A stretch of 64,000 nucleotides of DNA from the human T2T-CHM13v2.0 reference genome, Homo sapiens: the NCBI RefSeq assembly GCF_009914755.1, contig NC_060927.1; one strand, written 5' to 3'. Position 1 is the first letter of the stretch; each line of letters starts with the position of its first letter. The notes beneath the pieces are model-generated. The model was not told the DNA's origin, made no database searches, and saw only the letters and a list, made by a program, of their open reading frames with translations. Position numbers and translations under genes: made by a program. This document shows positions 62,542 to 64,000 of this stretch, piece by piece.

Positions 62542-63724
62542 TGGGCTGTTCCATTTCTAAGCCTCGCCCTCAATCTACTGAATGAAACCTATCCCTGGGT
62601 TTGCTAACAGTCTCAGTGCAGTAAGAGTTTAATAGGTAAGAGGTGGAGGAGAGATTAAATTAGAGTTGAAAAGGCAGTGGGAGGTGCGGAGGAAATACAC
62701 TTTACTTACAAAGTTCTCAGTTCATTCATGACACAATCGATACTGGACAAAACATTTGTCTCTTTTCATTTTATAAACTGTTGAATTCTTTAAAGTAATT
62801 ATTTTTTCTTATCATTAGTATGCCCAATTTGACATATAATTTCAAATTTCCCACATTTTCTTAATTTATTTAATGATGGATGATAGGTAAAAATAATGTA
62901 TATGTGCGAATGAATTAGGTAAAATAACATTTCTGACAATAAAGGCATGCGTGCTTCCTAGATGGGTAGGTATTTTCTCAAGACCACACAATACCAGTCG
63001 CTACTATTGACCACTAAACTGGGGCTCTACATCTGTGATCACACAAGTTCTCACAGTGAACTTGTGACACAGACATTGCTCCATTTCGCAGATTCAAAAC
63101 AAACAAAACAAAATTGAAGCTAAGGGGTTCAGTAACTGGAAAAGGTTGCACAGCTGGTGCATCTGGAGCCAAGATACCTCCTCAGGTTACCTGTGCTCTT
63201 TGTGGCATAAAGTACATGCTTAAAGTATATCGTGATGATCCTCAGCTGCAGGGAGCTATGCCAGAAAGCTCTTATTTCTGCAACCAAAAAACATGCCAGG
63301 AAAATGAAAGAGAGTGTGAGAAAGAGAGAGAGCTAGAGAGAAGAAGGCTGGTGCATAATGTTAAAAATATACAAGGTTGTATTCAAGGCAAAAACAGCAA
63401 AATGGACACATCTTATTAGCAAAGGAAGCCATCAAAATGTCTAAAGCATAAGTATAGGGAATACAGCAGGTTATAAAGATCACAGCACGGGGAGACCTTA
63501 ATTCACCTCTCTCAAAACATGACAGGTCAGTAAGGGTGATGGGGATTAATTAACTCAATTAATAATGTAGACCCAGTTAAGACATATTAAAGGCTATAAT
63601 CTGCAAGTGCTCTCTTCCAGTGCCAACATGTCATTTACACAACATAGCCACATGCTTCCTTTCCTTATTTGGTCACCCATCTTGTGAGGGTGCGGAGTAC
63701 CTGCGACGGGCACTGAGGGGAGCC

Positions 63725-64000
63725 CTGGATTATTCTCCTGGGGCTGCTACAACAAAATGCCATAAACTGGGTGGCTTAAACAGTAGCTGTGTTTCTCACA
63801 CTTCTGGAGGCAAGAAGCTCCAGGTTCAGGTCCAACAGTGTCCGTTTCTGGTGAGGGCTCTCTTCCTGGTTTGCACATGGCCACCTTCTCATGTTATCCT
63901 CATATGGTGGAGAGAGCAAGCCACATCTAGTGTCTCTTGCTCCTGTATAAGGCCACTTTCAGCTCAGTTCTATCAGATCAGGGCTCCGAACTTAAGACCT
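63725..64000 (-). mobile_element. MLT1A/B-type LTR, cut by the window end
   Basis: gggctgctacaacaaaatgccataaactgggtggcttaaac...tctggtgagggctctcttcctgg. Confidence 0.8.

Overview
Primate, almost certainly human, genomic DNA containing the 3' end of CACNA2D3 (voltage-gated Ca2+ channel alpha2/delta-3) on the + strand. Bases 1-51718 are part of one long, repeat-rich intron; I did not recognise the preceding exon in the window. The last three coding exons follow (51719-51831, 52051-52133, 52388-52480), then a short 3' UTR with AATAAA at 52809 and about 11 kb of downstream sequence. The penultimate intron (51832-52050) is a U12-type AT-AC intron. It overlaps GT and AG sites that would also splice in frame, a twintron-like arrangement and the most interesting signal here. 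The long intron holds a full-length antisense L1PA2/L1PA3-type LINE-1 with intact ORF1, doubly lesioned ORF2 and a stopped ORF0. It also holds a probable twin-primed old L1, several solo LTRs, closely spaced inverted Alus, a 112-bp spacerless AT-rich palindrome and a dispersed 55-bp duplication. Repeat subfamily names come from recalled consensus sequences, and old-repeat boundaries are approximate. Nearly all other ORFs in the track are repeat-derived or chance ORFs.
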